Shown here piece by piece: positions 1 through 9,288 of a stretch of 64,000 nucleotides of DNA (within the stretch, counting starts at the first letter, position 1; each line of letters opens with the position of its first letter). The stretch covers positions 23,353-87,352 of the forward strand of contig CAVYHE010000013.1 of NCBI GenBank assembly GCA_963768305.1, written 5' to 3'. Both the position numbers and the translations under genes were made by a program. A model generated the notes under the pieces. The model saw nothing but the letters and a program-made list of their open reading frames with translations, ran no database searches and had not been told where the DNA came from. The stretch is from an uncultured bacterium (GTDB taxonomy: Bacteria; Margulisbacteria; WOR-1; CAVSGV01).

Positions 1-1
1 C

Positions 2-136
2 AAATCAAAAGTCGGAAAGATCGCGTTTTTGACCGCCTTGGGCAAGAACGCGCGTGTTTCCGAGATCACGCCCGGCATAAGCAAAGCGGAAGGCGCCCTA
101 AAATGGATCGAAAAGGTCTTCAAGGAATATAAGTGA
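2..136 (+). CDS. 3' end of a gene entering the window; product not identifiable
   Basis: Open frame KSKVGKIAFLTALGKNARV...KVFKEYK ending at TGA 134-136, just upstream of the kinase gene. Confidence 0.5.
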   Translation, partial: KSKVGKIAFLTALGKNARVSEITPGISKAEGALKWIEKVFKEYK

Positions 137-168
137 TGGGGGGAAGTTTTAGCGAGGGCGCGCGGTAA

Positions 169-1200
169 ATGGAAAAATTCCTGAAAAGCAGGTACCGGAT
201 AGGCGAGCAGATAGGGGAGAATCCGTTCTCATTCACATATAAGGGATATCTTATCGGAACGGAAGTCCCGGTCGTCATAAAAAGCTACAAACGCTCATCC
301 CTGAACAGCCCCCTCATAAACAAGCTCCGCCCCAAAGTGACAAAGATCATCAGCCTGGACCACCCGAACATCGCCAGGGTAATAGACGGCGATTACGGAT
401 GGCAGGGCTTTTATTATGTGAGGGAATTCGTAGAAGGCGAAGAACTGGAAGAAGTAATGAAAAAAGGCATACTGAATCTGGCATTCGCCGTCGATATCAT
501 TAAACAGGTCCTTTCAGCGCTCTCGGTAGCCCACTCCAATGATCTTATCCACGGAGCCCTTAGCTCCCACAATATTTTTCTTTCCGGAAGGGAAGTTAAG
601 GTCACCGATTTCATACTGGAGCCGGCGGTAAGGATAAATCCATCCCTTCTTGCGTCCGCCGCCTCAATAAATTCAAGCTACATGTCCCCGGAGCAGATAA
701 AGGGCGAACATATCACGAATGCGTCGGACATATATTCCGCGGGTATAATATTTTATCAACTGATAACAGGACAGCTTCCATTTGAAGGCAGCGGAGGATT
801 AGATACTGCGCTGAAGCATTTATCTCAGAAGATCAAGCCGCCTTCACAATTACACAATTTTGTCCCCGATTATATGGACGACATCGTCATGAAAATGCTC
901 GAAAAGGACCCGCTTCAAAGGATAAGCAGGGCGGATGATGTGCTGGAGGGGTTGGACAAGCAGCGGCTCATATTCAACCTGCCAAGCCCGGAGTTCGTGA
1001 ACCTCATATACGGAGAGGATGTGGAGCCGATAGAATATCAAAAAGAGGCCGAAGCGCCGAAGAAAAAGAAGTTCAATAAAAAGCTGAGAAAGATCAAGAT
1101 CAACAAGATAAGCCTGCTGCTATTATTCATCCTTATTGCGGTGGCGGCCGGTCTCTGGTATGCTTTCATCTTAAACTTCATAAATTCAGGCGGGAGGTAG
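169..1200 (+). CDS. Hanks-type Ser/Thr kinase-like protein (PknB/PrkC-like, probable pseudokinase) with C-terminal TM helix
   Basis: LDHPNIARV, YMSPEQ, SDIYSAG and MLEKDP..R motifs; catalytic loop reads HGALSSHNI and DFG reads DFI; hydrophobic C-terminus. Confidence 0.85.
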   Translation: MEKFLKSRYRIGEQIGENPFSFTYKGYLIGTEVPVVIKSYKRSSLNSPLINKLRPKVTKIISLDHPNIARVIDGDYGWQGFYYVREFVEGEELEEVMKKGILNLAFAVDIIKQVLSALSVAHSNDLIHGALSSHNIFLSGREVKVTDFILEPAVRINPSLLASAASINSSYMSPEQIKGEHITNASDIYSAGIIFYQLITGQLPFEGSGGLDTALKHLSQKIKPPSQLHNFVPDYMDDIVMKMLEKDPLQRISRADDVLEGLDKQRLIFNLPSPEFVNLIYGEDVEPIEYQKEAEAPKKKKFNKKLRKIKINKISLLLLFILIAVAAGLWYAFILNFINSGGR

Positions 1201-1206
1201 CGGCAA

Positions 1207-2025
1207 TTGATCAAATTATTGACCTTGTATTTCAGTTTCGTACTTCTGGTATTGATAATATCCGGGTATCTTGTTTATATCCTTAAGCTTCCGTCCCCCA
1301 AATCGGTGGTGACGACCATTTTTCTTGTCATTATTTCACCCCTGCTTGTCGGGTATCTGATGGTTTTTTATGTTTTCCCCGCTCCGGAGGTCGTTGTTCC
1401 GGATGTTACGTTCCATTCATCCGAGGAAGCATTTTCCATTCTCAAGGATGCCGGATTGAAGCCGAGGATAGGGGATAAGGCGTTTGACAGGGATGTATCC
1501 GCCGGCCGCATAGTTGAACAACAACCGAGAAAAGGCAAGCACGTTAAAGTGGGCCGAATAGTGAACCTGACAGTATCCACGGGGCAGAGACAGGTCCCGG
1601 TGCCAAGCCTTATAGGCAGGCCGTTCTCGCAGGTGGACACTCTTCTGTCCGAAGCCGGATTCAGGATCGGGGCAACGCAGGAAGTGGAAACAGAGCAGTA
1701 TCAGACAGGCGTCATAATCGGCCAGACGCCGTCCGCGGAAGCGCAGGCGTACGCTGGAAGCAGTATAAATATCTCTATAGCGAAGAACCCGAAATTCGGC
1801 GTGGTAAAGATGCCGTATCTTATAGGAAAAACCCTTTCGGAAGCGCAGGGAGCCCTTTCGGACCTTAAGCTTGGCGTTGGGAAGATCGAATACCAGGAAA
1901 CGGACATAATCACCGTAGGTGTTGTCATGAGGCAGGAGCCGGCGTGGGAGGAGGAGGTCCCGGTGGGTTCATCCGTAAAGCTTACCGTAAGTAAGGAGCC
2001 GCCTCCGACCTCAGAGGTAAAATAA
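1207..2025 (+). CDS. Membrane-anchored protein with three PASTA domains
   Basis: Two N-terminal TM segments, then three repeats of the VPD/VPSLIG/MPYLIG...G.I..Q.P...V.L.VS pattern. Confidence 0.9.
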   Translation: MIKLLTLYFSFVLLVLIISGYLVYILKLPSPKSVVTTIFLVIISPLLVGYLMVFYVFPAPEVVVPDVTFHSSEEAFSILKDAGLKPRIGDKAFDRDVSAGRIVEQQPRKGKHVKVGRIVNLTVSTGQRQVPVPSLIGRPFSQVDTLLSEAGFRIGATQEVETEQYQTGVIIGQTPSAEAQAYAGSSINISIAKNPKFGVVKMPYLIGKTLSEAQGALSDLKLGVGKIEYQETDIITVGVVMRQEPAWEEEVPVGSSVKLTVSKEPPPTSEVK

Positions 2026-2026
2026 T

Positions 2027-2690
2027 ATGACGATAAAAGTGGCGCCATCCATCTTGTCCGCGGATTTCGGAAGGCTAGCGGAAGAAGTAAAAGCCGTGGA
2101 GTTGGCTGGAGCCGACATGATACACGTGGATGTCATGGACGGACATTTTGTCCCGAACATCACGATAGGCCCGCTGGTGGTTTCCGCCCTGTCAAAGATC
2201 ACAAAACTTCCGCTGGATGTCCATTTAATGATCGAAAATCCTGGTAAATATATAGAGCCCTTTGCAAAAGCGGGAGCTGATATTATTTCCATCCATGCCG
2301 AAGCTTCGAAAGATGTTGAGACAGAAATAAGACAGATAAAGAAATTGGGAGCCAAGCCCGCGCTTGCCTTGAATCCGGCGTCAGGGGTTAGGATCAATAG
2401 AAAAGTTGCTGGATAAAGTGTCCATGGTGCTTCTTATGACAGTGAACCCCGGATTTGAAGGCCAAAAATTCATGCCGGAAGTCCTGGTGAAGTTAAGAGC
2501 GCTAAGGTCCATTATCGATGTACGGAAACTAAATATTGATATCGAAGTTGACGGCGGGATCAATCTGGAGACCGCGCCAGCTGTCATCAAAGCCGGGGCG
2601 AACGTGCTGGTCGCCGGTTCCGCTATTTACTGGTCAAAGGATTACAAGTCAGTGATCGACGGCCTGAAAAGATCCGACCTTTCCAATTAA
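2027..2690 (+). CDS. rpe: Ribulose-phosphate 3-epimerase, split by a +1 frameshift near the GGGG at 2384-2387
   Basis: [30 protein letters not shown] and EVDGGI motifs split over ORFs 2027-2416 and 2406-2690; removing one G gives [13 protein letters not shown]. Confidence 0.92.
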
Positions 2691-2699
2691 GGACCTCAA

Positions 2700-3812
2700 A
2701 TGAACATTAGCGCCGACAAAGACAAACAATTCATGCTGGAAGCGCTTGCCTTGGCAAGATTGCAAATGGGGAAGACCAGCCCTGATCCGATGGTCGGTGC
2801 CGTAATAGTGAAGAACGGCTGTGTTGTAAGCAAGGGCTATCACGCTGAACAGGGAACACCGCATGCCGAAGCATTCGCGATCAAAAAAGCCGGCGATAAT
2901 GCCAAAGGCGCAACGTTATATCTCAACCTTGAGCCTTGCTCACATTACGGATACAATCCACCCTGCACACAGGCGATCATAAAGGCAGGGATAAAAAGAG
3001 TGGTCGCGTCAATGAAAGACCCGAATCCCCTGGTCAACGGGAAAGGCTTCGCGCAGTTAAGGGATGCCGAAATAAAAGTTGAAGTCGGCTTAATGGAAAA
3101 AGAAGCGCGGGAATTGAATGAGACATTCATAAAATTCATTACTACCGATTACCCTTTCGTAATACTTAAGACCGCTATGAGCCTAGATGGCAAGACGGCA
3201 ACCGTGACAGGTGACAGCAAATACATCACAGGGCTGCCTTCCAGGCAATATGTCCACGTCCTCAGGACTTATGTGGATGCGATGATGGTCGGGGTAAGCA
3301 CCGTCATTATCGATGACCCGATGCTGACAGTAAGGGATGTAGGCGACGAAAAGATCACAAAGAGGAACCCGAAAAAAATAATTCTTGATACATATGCTGA
3401 AATACCGCTTAATTCATATATATTGAAACATGAGCCGGAAAAGACGATCGTAGTTGTTGGAAAGGATGCAGCGAAAAGCAAGCTTGATAAGATAAGAAAT
3501 ACCGGTGCCGGCGTGATGATAGCAGAAACAAAAAAAGGCCAGATCGACCTGAAAAAGCTGATGGTAGAGCTGGGCGAAGACAAGATTACGAGTATTATGA
3601 TCGAATCCGGCGGGACACTTGCTGCATCGGCTTTAAAGGAAGGGATCGTCAACAAGGTCATGTTCTTTGTTGCCCCGATCCTGATCGGCGGAAAGACGGC
3701 GGCGACCCCTGTTGCAGGTGAGGGCTTCAAAAAACTTTCTCAGGCGATTAAACTTAAAAATATACATGTCAAAATGCTGGGAAATGATGTTCTTATATCA
3801 GGCTATGTTTAA
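2700..3812 (+). CDS. ribD: Bifunctional riboflavin biosynthesis deaminase/reductase
   Basis: HAE and LEPCSH...PPC deaminase motifs; SLDGK and ESGG reductase motifs. Confidence 0.95.
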   Translation: MNISADKDKQFMLEALALARLQMGKTSPDPMVGAVIVKNGCVVSKGYHAEQGTPHAEAFAIKKAGDNAKGATLYLNLEPCSHYGYNPPCTQAIIKAGIKRVVASMKDPNPLVNGKGFAQLRDAEIKVEVGLMEKEARELNETFIKFITTDYPFVILKTAMSLDGKTATVTGDSKYITGLPSRQYVHVLRTYVDAMMVGVSTVIIDDPMLTVRDVGDEKITKRNPKKIILDTYAEIPLNSYILKHEPEKTIVVVGKDAAKSKLDKIRNTGAGVMIAETKKGQIDLKKLMVELGEDKITSIMIESGGTLAASALKEGIVNKVMFFVAPILIGGKTAATPVAGEGFKKLSQAIKLKNIHVKMLGNDVLISGYV

Positions 3813-3823
3813 TTGGAACCTCA

Positions 3824-5185
3824 ATGAGGATTAATGAAACCGTAAATATCAAAATCGATGACTTAGCCATGGGCGGAGAGGGTGTCGGTAAAAGCAACGG
3901 GATAACAGTTTTCGTTGCGGATTCAGTGCCAGGCGACGAGCTAAAGATCAAGCTTGTCGAGTTGAAAAAGAATTTCATCCGCGGAGTGATCGTCGATATC
4001 ATAAAACCCTCGCCTGACAGGGTCGCATTAAAATGCCCGCTTGCAAAAACCTGCGGAGGATGCCAGTGGCAGCACATAAGCTATCCAGTGCAGCTCAAAT
4101 ACAAAACAAAAATAGTCAAGGAAACTCTCAGGAGGCTCGGGAAACTCAATAATATCAAGGTAAACGACATTATCGGAATGAATGAACCGTGGGGGTTCCG
4201 CAACAAGATCCAATATCCGATCTCTGGTGGAAGCGGCCGCGGCGAAAAGCTTGCTATGGGCTATTATATGCAAGGAACTCATAATATTATCGATATCGAT
4301 AGCTGTCCGATAGAACACCCCAAGTTATCCAGGGCGGCGAAGATCGTGAAAGACACCCTGAATAAACTTGGTTATTCGGCGCCGTCGCGTGACGGCGGAA
4401 AAGGATTGTTCAAATTTCTCAGGGCAAGAATTGGTTTTGGCACCGGCGAGATGATGCTGACATTTGTCACAAGCGAGAAAGGTATTCCCGGAGCAAAAAA
4501 TCTGGTCAAAGAAATAATCGGCATGTGCAAAAAAGAAAGCATAAATGTCGTCGGTATTTGCCAGAACCTGAACTCGCGATATACCAATGTGATAATGGGC
4601 GACCAGAACTGGACGATGTGGGGCAGGGATTTCATTTACGACAAGATGAAAGGTCTCAAATTCAAGGTTTCTAACACTTCTTTTTATCAGACAAATCCCG
4701 TTCAAACCGAAGTCTTATACGATAAAGCCGTTGAATCAGCAGGTTTTACCGGAAATGAAACTGTTATCGACGCTTACTCCGGCATCGGCACGGTCGCCCT
4801 GTGGTTCGCGAAGCATGCCCGTTATGTTTATGGCATCGAAGAAGTTAAGCAGGCGGTCCGTGATGCCTCAGAAAATGCAGAACTTAATCATATCGAAAAC
4901 TGCAGATTCAGCATCGGCAAAGTTGAAAAACTCCTTCCGGAGCTGAAAGAAGGCGACGCTTTGATCCTTGATCCGCCGAGAGGCGGCTGCGAAGAAAAAA
5001 TTTTGAAGACCATCGCATGCTCAAAATTTCAGAAGATAATATATATATCCTGCAATCCGGCGACGCTGGCGAGGGACCTGGCGTATCTTTCAAGCAGCGG
5101 ATTCAGGGTCGAAGAGGTCCAGCCGGTGGACATGTTCCCTCACAGCTTTCACATAGAAACGGTCACGAGGCTGATCAAGGCCTAG
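3824..5185 (+). CDS. rlmD: 23S rRNA (uracil-5)-methyltransferase
   Basis: TRAM domain, CGGCQWQH Fe-S motif, SFYQTN, LDPPRGG, YISCNPATLARD, DMFPH. Confidence 0.93.
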   Translation: MRINETVNIKIDDLAMGGEGVGKSNGITVFVADSVPGDELKIKLVELKKNFIRGVIVDIIKPSPDRVALKCPLAKTCGGCQWQHISYPVQLKYKTKIVKETLRRLGKLNNIKVNDIIGMNEPWGFRNKIQYPISGGSGRGEKLAMGYYMQGTHNIIDIDSCPIEHPKLSRAAKIVKDTLNKLGYSAPSRDGGKGLFKFLRARIGFGTGEMMLTFVTSEKGIPGAKNLVKEIIGMCKKESINVVGICQNLNSRYTNVIMGDQNWTMWGRDFIYDKMKGLKFKVSNTSFYQTNPVQTEVLYDKAVESAGFTGNETVIDAYSGIGTVALWFAKHARYVYGIEEVKQAVRDASENAELNHIENCRFSIGKVEKLLPELKEGDALILDPPRGGCEEKILKTIACSKFQKIIYISCNPATLARDLAYLSSSGFRVEEVQPVDMFPHSFHIETVTRLIKA

Positions 5186-5366
5186 TCTTGCTCATCTGCT
5201 CGCCGTTGTCTCCCCAGTTCTCTTTCGGGACATCATTGATGACCACCCATACGGCTTCCTTGGGGCAGCCGACCGACTCGCACATGGCGTTAGTGACGTT
5301 CTTTATGATCTTTTCTTTCTGTTCGGATGTCCTTCCGGGCCACATGTCTATTTTAACTAATGGCAT
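5175..5366 (-). CDS. 4-oxalocrotonate tautomerase family protein
   Basis: 63 aa, N-terminal Pro (MPLV), GRTSEQK, ENWG; GGAGG SD upstream. Confidence 0.9.
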   Translation of the reverse strand: MPLVKIDMWPGRTSEQKEKIIKNVTNAMCESVGCPKEAVWVVINDVPKENWGDNGEQMSKTRP

Positions 5367-5410
5367 AAGTTAAACCTCCTTTGTCTTTACTTTGCTATAA
5401 CTTTGTTTCT

Positions 5411-5510
5411 CTGAGGGGAAATCCCCTCAGCGCTTCGCCGATTTCATCGGCTTCGCTACTCCCCTATATACATTGAACTTTATGGGGTAAACCCCTCATT
5501 ACTCACTTCG
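5411..5510. repeat. Cluster of short palindromes (terminator-like or REP-like) between miaA and the tautomerase gene
   Basis: CTGAGGGG-AAAT-CCCCTCAG (5411-5430), GCCGAT-TTC-ATCGGC (5437-5451), GGGG-TAAA-CCCC and repeated GCTTCG. Confidence 0.55.
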
Positions 5511-5511
5511 T

Positions 5512-6429
5512 TCACTTCTCCCCAATATTCATTAAATGAATAATATCATTAACATTTAGTTTTTCAACATCGAACCATTTCACGTTCTTGAACCGCCTGA
5601 ACCACGTCATCTGGCGCTTCGCGAAATTTCGCGTGTTTTGCTTAAGGATATTAACCATCTCTTCATAAGAATATTTTCCCCGGAGATGCTCGGCCACTTC
5701 CTTGTAGCCGATAGCCTGCATCGATGAGAGCTTGTCATCATAGCCTTCCTTGATCAAATTCCTGACCTCTTCCACCAGCCCCGCTTCAAGCATTCGATCA
5801 ATTCTTTCTTCTATCCTTTCATAAAGCTTTTTCCTGTCCATTTCAAGCCCCATGACAACCAATTCGTAAGGCAGACTGTTTTCGCTCTTCGTTTGCGCCT
5901 GAGACATTGGCTTACCCGTCAGCTCGATAACTTCCAGCGCCCTGATAATGCGCTTTGTGTCATTGAAATGAATCTTTGATGCCGCGTCGGGGTCGGCCTT
6001 TTTAAGCTTTTCGTACAGATGTTCGCTACCGAACGATTTTGCTTCTCCTTCCAACCTTTTCCTGATCTCCGGATCCGCCTGTATCAATGGAAAATCGTAA
6101 CCCTCTAGCAAGGCGTTCAAATAAAGCCCGGTCCCTCCCACGACTATCGACAGCTTTCCCCTGTTGATAATGTCTTCGATGATGGTTTTTGCGTTTGAAA
6201 CAAAGTCAGAGACGCTCCAGGTTTTATCGGGGGCGATCACGTTGATCAGGTGGTGAGGGATTTCTTCAAGTTCTTTTTTTGCCGGCTTTGCCGTGCCGAT
6301 GTCCATTCCGATGTAAACCTGCATGGAGTCGGCGGAAATGATCTCGCCATCCAGTTTTCCGGCAAGTTCCATGGCAAGCTTCGATTTGCCGACAGCCGTC
6401 TGCCCAATAATAATGAGCACTTTATTCAC
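5512..6429 (-). CDS. miaA: tRNA dimethylallyltransferase (probable GTG start at 6429)
   Basis: GQTAVGKS, SADSMQVY.GMDIGTAKP, GGTGLY, AIGYKE, AKRQMTWFR. Confidence 0.96.
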   Translation of the reverse strand: MNKVLIIIGQTAVGKSKLAMELAGKLDGEIISADSMQVYIGMDIGTAKPAKKELEEIPHHLINVIAPDKTWSVSDFVSNAKTIIEDIINRGKLSIVVGGTGLYLNALLEGYDFPLIQADPEIRKRLEGEAKSFGSEHLYEKLKKADPDAASKIHFNDTKRIIRALEVIELTGKPMSQAQTKSENSLPYELVVMGLEMDRKKLYERIEERIDRMLEAGLVEEVRNLIKEGYDDKLSSMQAIGYKEVAEHLRGKYSYEEMVNILKQNTRNFAKRQMTWFRRFKNVKWFDVEKLNVNDIIHLMNIGEK

Positions 6430-6436
6430 AAGGATC

Positions 6437-6465
6437 AGCATATATTCTTTGAAAGGAAGTGTCAA
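6437..6465 (-). promoter_or_regulatory. Sigma70-type promoter of miaA (near-leaderless)
   Basis: TTGACA-N17-TATGCT, followed after 7 nt by GTG. Confidence 0.65.
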
Positions 6466-6473
6466 TAAAAAGT

Positions 6474-6500
6474 GAAATTTTCTTCAAAAGATATCGATAA
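6474..6500 (+). promoter_or_regulatory. Conserved cassette-head element 1 (sigma28-like promoter)
   Basis: GAAA-N15-ATCGATAA; one of six copies with identical spacing. Confidence 0.7.
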
Positions 6501-6531
6501 TAGTCTGGTTGAAATAAGGAGGATGATCTTA

Positions 6532-7158
6532 ATGAGAATATCAAGAGAATTTGGCGTGGTCTCGCGTAGCAGGCGAATAGGTGCTTTTTTTAATAGTTCA
6601 ATGCTGTTCCCGCGCCCAAGAATATCAGGTCCTGCTTCTGGCGATACAAAAGCTAATTCTCAAATTGTAGAGATCCCGAAAATGATCGATGTTCCGGGAA
6701 GACCTTTCAGGATAATGCAAAGCGAAGCGACAGTCGGGCTATTTAAGCAACTGGCAGATGCAGGTCATGAGATCACTACCCATAGCAAGGGATTACTTTC
6801 GGCACAGCTTACAAAAGGAGCTTCTTATGACAACGCATTAACACATTTAAATATATTTGATGGAAAGGCGCTGGCTACAACGTTTAGCAAACATACCGGC
6901 AGAAATTTCAGAGTTCCGACCGAATCAGAATTGGAAGAAATCAGAGATGCCAAAGAATTTGAATCAGTCAGGAAAGGATTATCGGGGAAAAACTGGGAAT
7001 GGACAGATACTATTTATAAAAATCCTGATGTTGATCCTGCATCTACTTTCTTACGTTCTTATTATATTCTCCTTTCCATGGGCAGCCCATACCGGGTCGC
7101 CAGCGAGCCTGAGGTCAGTTATGACAACTACGCGGTTCGCCTTGTCGAGGACGTTTAG
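6532..7158 (+). CDS. Orphan protein with degenerate FGE-sulfatase/C-type-lectin-fold domain
   Basis: AAGGAGG SD; FRIMQSE, FRVPTESE, GKNWEWT and terminal VRLVED motifs; paralogue of 49574-50110. Confidence 0.7.
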   Translation: MRISREFGVVSRSRRIGAFFNSSMLFPRPRISGPASGDTKANSQIVEIPKMIDVPGRPFRIMQSEATVGLFKQLADAGHEITTHSKGLLSAQLTKGASYDNALTHLNIFDGKALATTFSKHTGRNFRVPTESELEEIRDAKEFESVRKGLSGKNWEWTDTIYKNPDVDPASTFLRSYYILLSMGSPYRVASEPEVSYDNYAVRLVEDV

Positions 7159-7172
7159 TAATAGCTTAATTG

Positions 7173-7196
7173 ATCTCTTCTTTCACCGCGAAGAGC
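7173..7196 (-). repeat. Remnant copy of the 3' end of the zinc metallopeptidase gene (7908-7931)
   Basis: Minus strand encodes ALRGERRD, identical to the peptidase C-terminus; 19/24 nt identical, all differences synonymous. Confidence 0.75.
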
Positions 7197-7217
7197 CAGA
7201 AATGGTTCAGAAAAAGT

Positions 7218-7244
7218 GAAATTTCCGGTTAAAACTGTCGATAA
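7218..7244 (+). promoter_or_regulatory. Conserved cassette-head element 2 (sigma28-like promoter)
   Basis: GAAA-N15-GTCGATAA. Confidence 0.7.
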
Positions 7245-7320
7245 TGTAATAGTTGAGGACCAGCGCAGTCTTAAAGGATCAAATAATGTTCAATGGTTAA
7301 AAACCAGGGAGAAGATCAAA

Positions 7321-7908
7321 ATGGTAAGAATAGGTAAAATGAGATTTAATATTGCGGGCAGGCCTTTGCATGAGAGACGGATCAATACGTTCTTCAATAA
7401 CCGTTCTATTGGCGCAAAGATGTTCCCGCGCGTAGAAATAGGTTCCGGCGGAGGGCTGGCGGTCAAAAAATTAAATATTCTGGTAGCTGATGACGATTAT
7501 GCTCTTAAAGGCCTTTTTATGGGCACATTTGATACGCGTTGTCCGGGCTGCGAAATATTCGGAGCTGATAACGGCCTTGAGGCAATAGAATCAGCGAAAA
7601 AGATCCCTGCCGGATCCCTCCATATACTTTTTACTGATACTGATATGGAGAAGAAAACAAAAGGGTTTGAAGTGGTTGATGAGATCCGAAAAATGCATCC
7701 ATCCGTTTATATAATCTTTAAGAGCAGCAATCTTGGGGAAAAGCACGAGCAATATTTAAATGATAAAAAAGTTGATGCCTTATTTCAAACACCGGATGAT
7801 CTCAAGAAGCTCGATCGTATGATTGAAGATGCTGTTAAAATTGTCGAAGAACGGTCAAGCATGGCGGGTAACGCCAGCGCAGCAGCCCCCAAATCTGAAA
7901 AGGTCTAA
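7321..7908 (+). CDS. Atypical response-regulator receiver domain protein with a basic N-terminal leader
   Basis: ILVADDD, ADNGLEA, ILFTDTDM, GFEVVDEIRK; the usual KP is replaced by TP; AGGGAG upstream of ATG 7321. Confidence 0.7.
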   Translation: MVRIGKMRFNIAGRPLHERRINTFFNNRSIGAKMFPRVEIGSGGGLAVKKLNILVADDDYALKGLFMGTFDTRCPGCEIFGADNGLEAIESAKKIPAGSLHILFTDTDMEKKTKGFEVVDEIRKMHPSVYIIFKSSNLGEKHEQYLNDKKVDALFQTPDDLKKLDRMIEDAVKIVEERSSMAGNASAAAPKSEKV

Positions 7909-8594
7909 TCCCTTCTTTCACCTCTGAGCGCTATCAGGCGGATGAGATTTAGCACCGCCATCGCAGTAGCGGCAACATAGGTCAGCGCCGCGGCATCCAG
8001 CACTTTCTTTGCCATCGGAACTTCATCTTTCTCGATATATTTTCCCGTTGAAAGCATCTGTATCGCCCTGTGGCTCGCGTTGAATTCCACTGGCAGGGTT
8101 ATTATCGTGAAAGCGACAGCTATGGAGAACACAACTATCCCGATATCCATCAGCATCGGATAGCTGAACAGCAATCCGATGAAGAAAAGCGGGATGGCCA
8201 TCTGTGAGCCTATACTGGCTGCGGGAACAAGCCCCGACCTGATCTTTAGGGGGACATAAGCTTTGGAATCCTGCAACGCGTGCCCAACTTCATGCGCGAC
8301 AATGCCGATAGCCGCTACCGAATCATTGCCGTATACCCCTTGCGAAAGATGAAGTATCTTGTCGCGCGGGTCGTAATTGTCGGTCAGGTTGCCCGGGATC
8401 TCTTCAATGCCGATATTGGAAAGGCCTGAATTATCAAGGAGTTTCCTGCCCATCTGCGCGCCGGTAAGGCCGCTTTTTGAGCGGACCTTGGAAAGCTCAG
8501 AATAAGCCGATTGCACCTTAAATTGCGCGTAAAGCGCCAGGATCACGGCAGGGATCAACAGCACGAAAGTCGGATCGAACGGATAGTACATCAT
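7905..8594 (-). CDS. Membrane zinc metallopeptidase (YugP/Zn_peptidase_2 family)
   Basis: LTDNYDP, AHEVGHALQ, TLPVEFNAS, AAALTYVAA. Confidence 0.9.
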   Translation of the reverse strand: MMYYPFDPTFVLLIPAVILALYAQFKVQSAYSELSKVRSKSGLTGAQMGRKLLDNSGLSNIGIEEIPGNLTDNYDPRDKILHLSQGVYGNDSVAAIGIVAHEVGHALQDSKAYVPLKIRSGLVPAASIGSQMAIPLFFIGLLFSYPMLMDIGIVVFSIAVAFTIITLPVEFNASHRAIQMLSTGKYIEKDEVPMAKKVLDAAALTYVAATAMAVLNLIRLIALRGERRD

Positions 8595-8664
8595 ATTGCT
8601 ATATATTTTAGCAGAAATAGGAATGAGATGCGAGACATGAGAGAAAATAGTATAATCAGGCACC

Positions 8665-9288
8665 ATGAAGATACTTGAAGTCAAGACACTGGCGATACCG
8701 GATATCAAGGTCATCCGCTTCGGCAGGTTCAACGATCACCGCGGATACTTTACCGAAACCTTCAGGAAAAGCGACTTTCAAAAGCTCGATTTCATGAAAG
8801 GCGTCGAGTTCGTCCAGTGCAACGATGCATTTTCAAAAGCCGGAACATTCAGAGGGTTGCATTTCCAGTGGAACCCTTACATGGGAAAGCTTGTAAGGGT
8901 TGAAAAGGGCAGGATCATCGATTTCGCCCTTGATATCAGAAAAGGCTCCCCTGATACTTGGGCAAAGATCATCGCTTATGAATTGACAGGAAAACCTGAA
9001 GCAGATCATAACGAATGGATATGGCTTCCTCCGGGATTCGCCCACGGGATACTTGCCGTGGAAGAAAGCTTCGTCGAATATTTCTGCTCCGGCGAGTACA
9101 GCCAGGGCTGCGAGGCGGCCATCTCGCCGCTTGCAAAAGATATCGACTGGTCAAAATGCGACACAGGATTGAAAAAGCAATTTGATTCGATAGTTCCTAG
9201 GACGAAATTCATCACAGATAAGGATAAGAACGGGTTCACTCTGGCCGCGTGGTTAACAGAAAAGAACTCAGGCCAATTTGTCTACTGA
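8665..9288 (+). CDS. rfbC: dTDP-4-dehydrorhamnose 3,5-epimerase family
   Basis: DHRGYFTE, RGLHFQ, KLVRV, DIRKGSP, PPGFAHG. Confidence 0.88.
   Translation: MKILEVKTLAIPDIKVIRFGRFNDHRGYFTETFRKSDFQKLDFMKGVEFVQCNDAFSKAGTFRGLHFQWNPYMGKLVRVEKGRIIDFALDIRKGSPDTWAKIIAYELTGKPEADHNEWIWLPPGFAHGILAVEESFVEYFCSGEYSQGCEAAISPLAKDIDWSKCDTGLKKQFDSIVPRTKFITDKDKNGFTLAAWLTEKNSGQFVY

Noticed and set aside
6472..6531. ORF-track GTG starts at 6472 and 7216 (MKFSSK..., MKFPVK...)
   Set aside because: These GTGAAATTT starts are the conserved DNA element itself; SD-supported ATGs lie downstream at 6532 and 7321.
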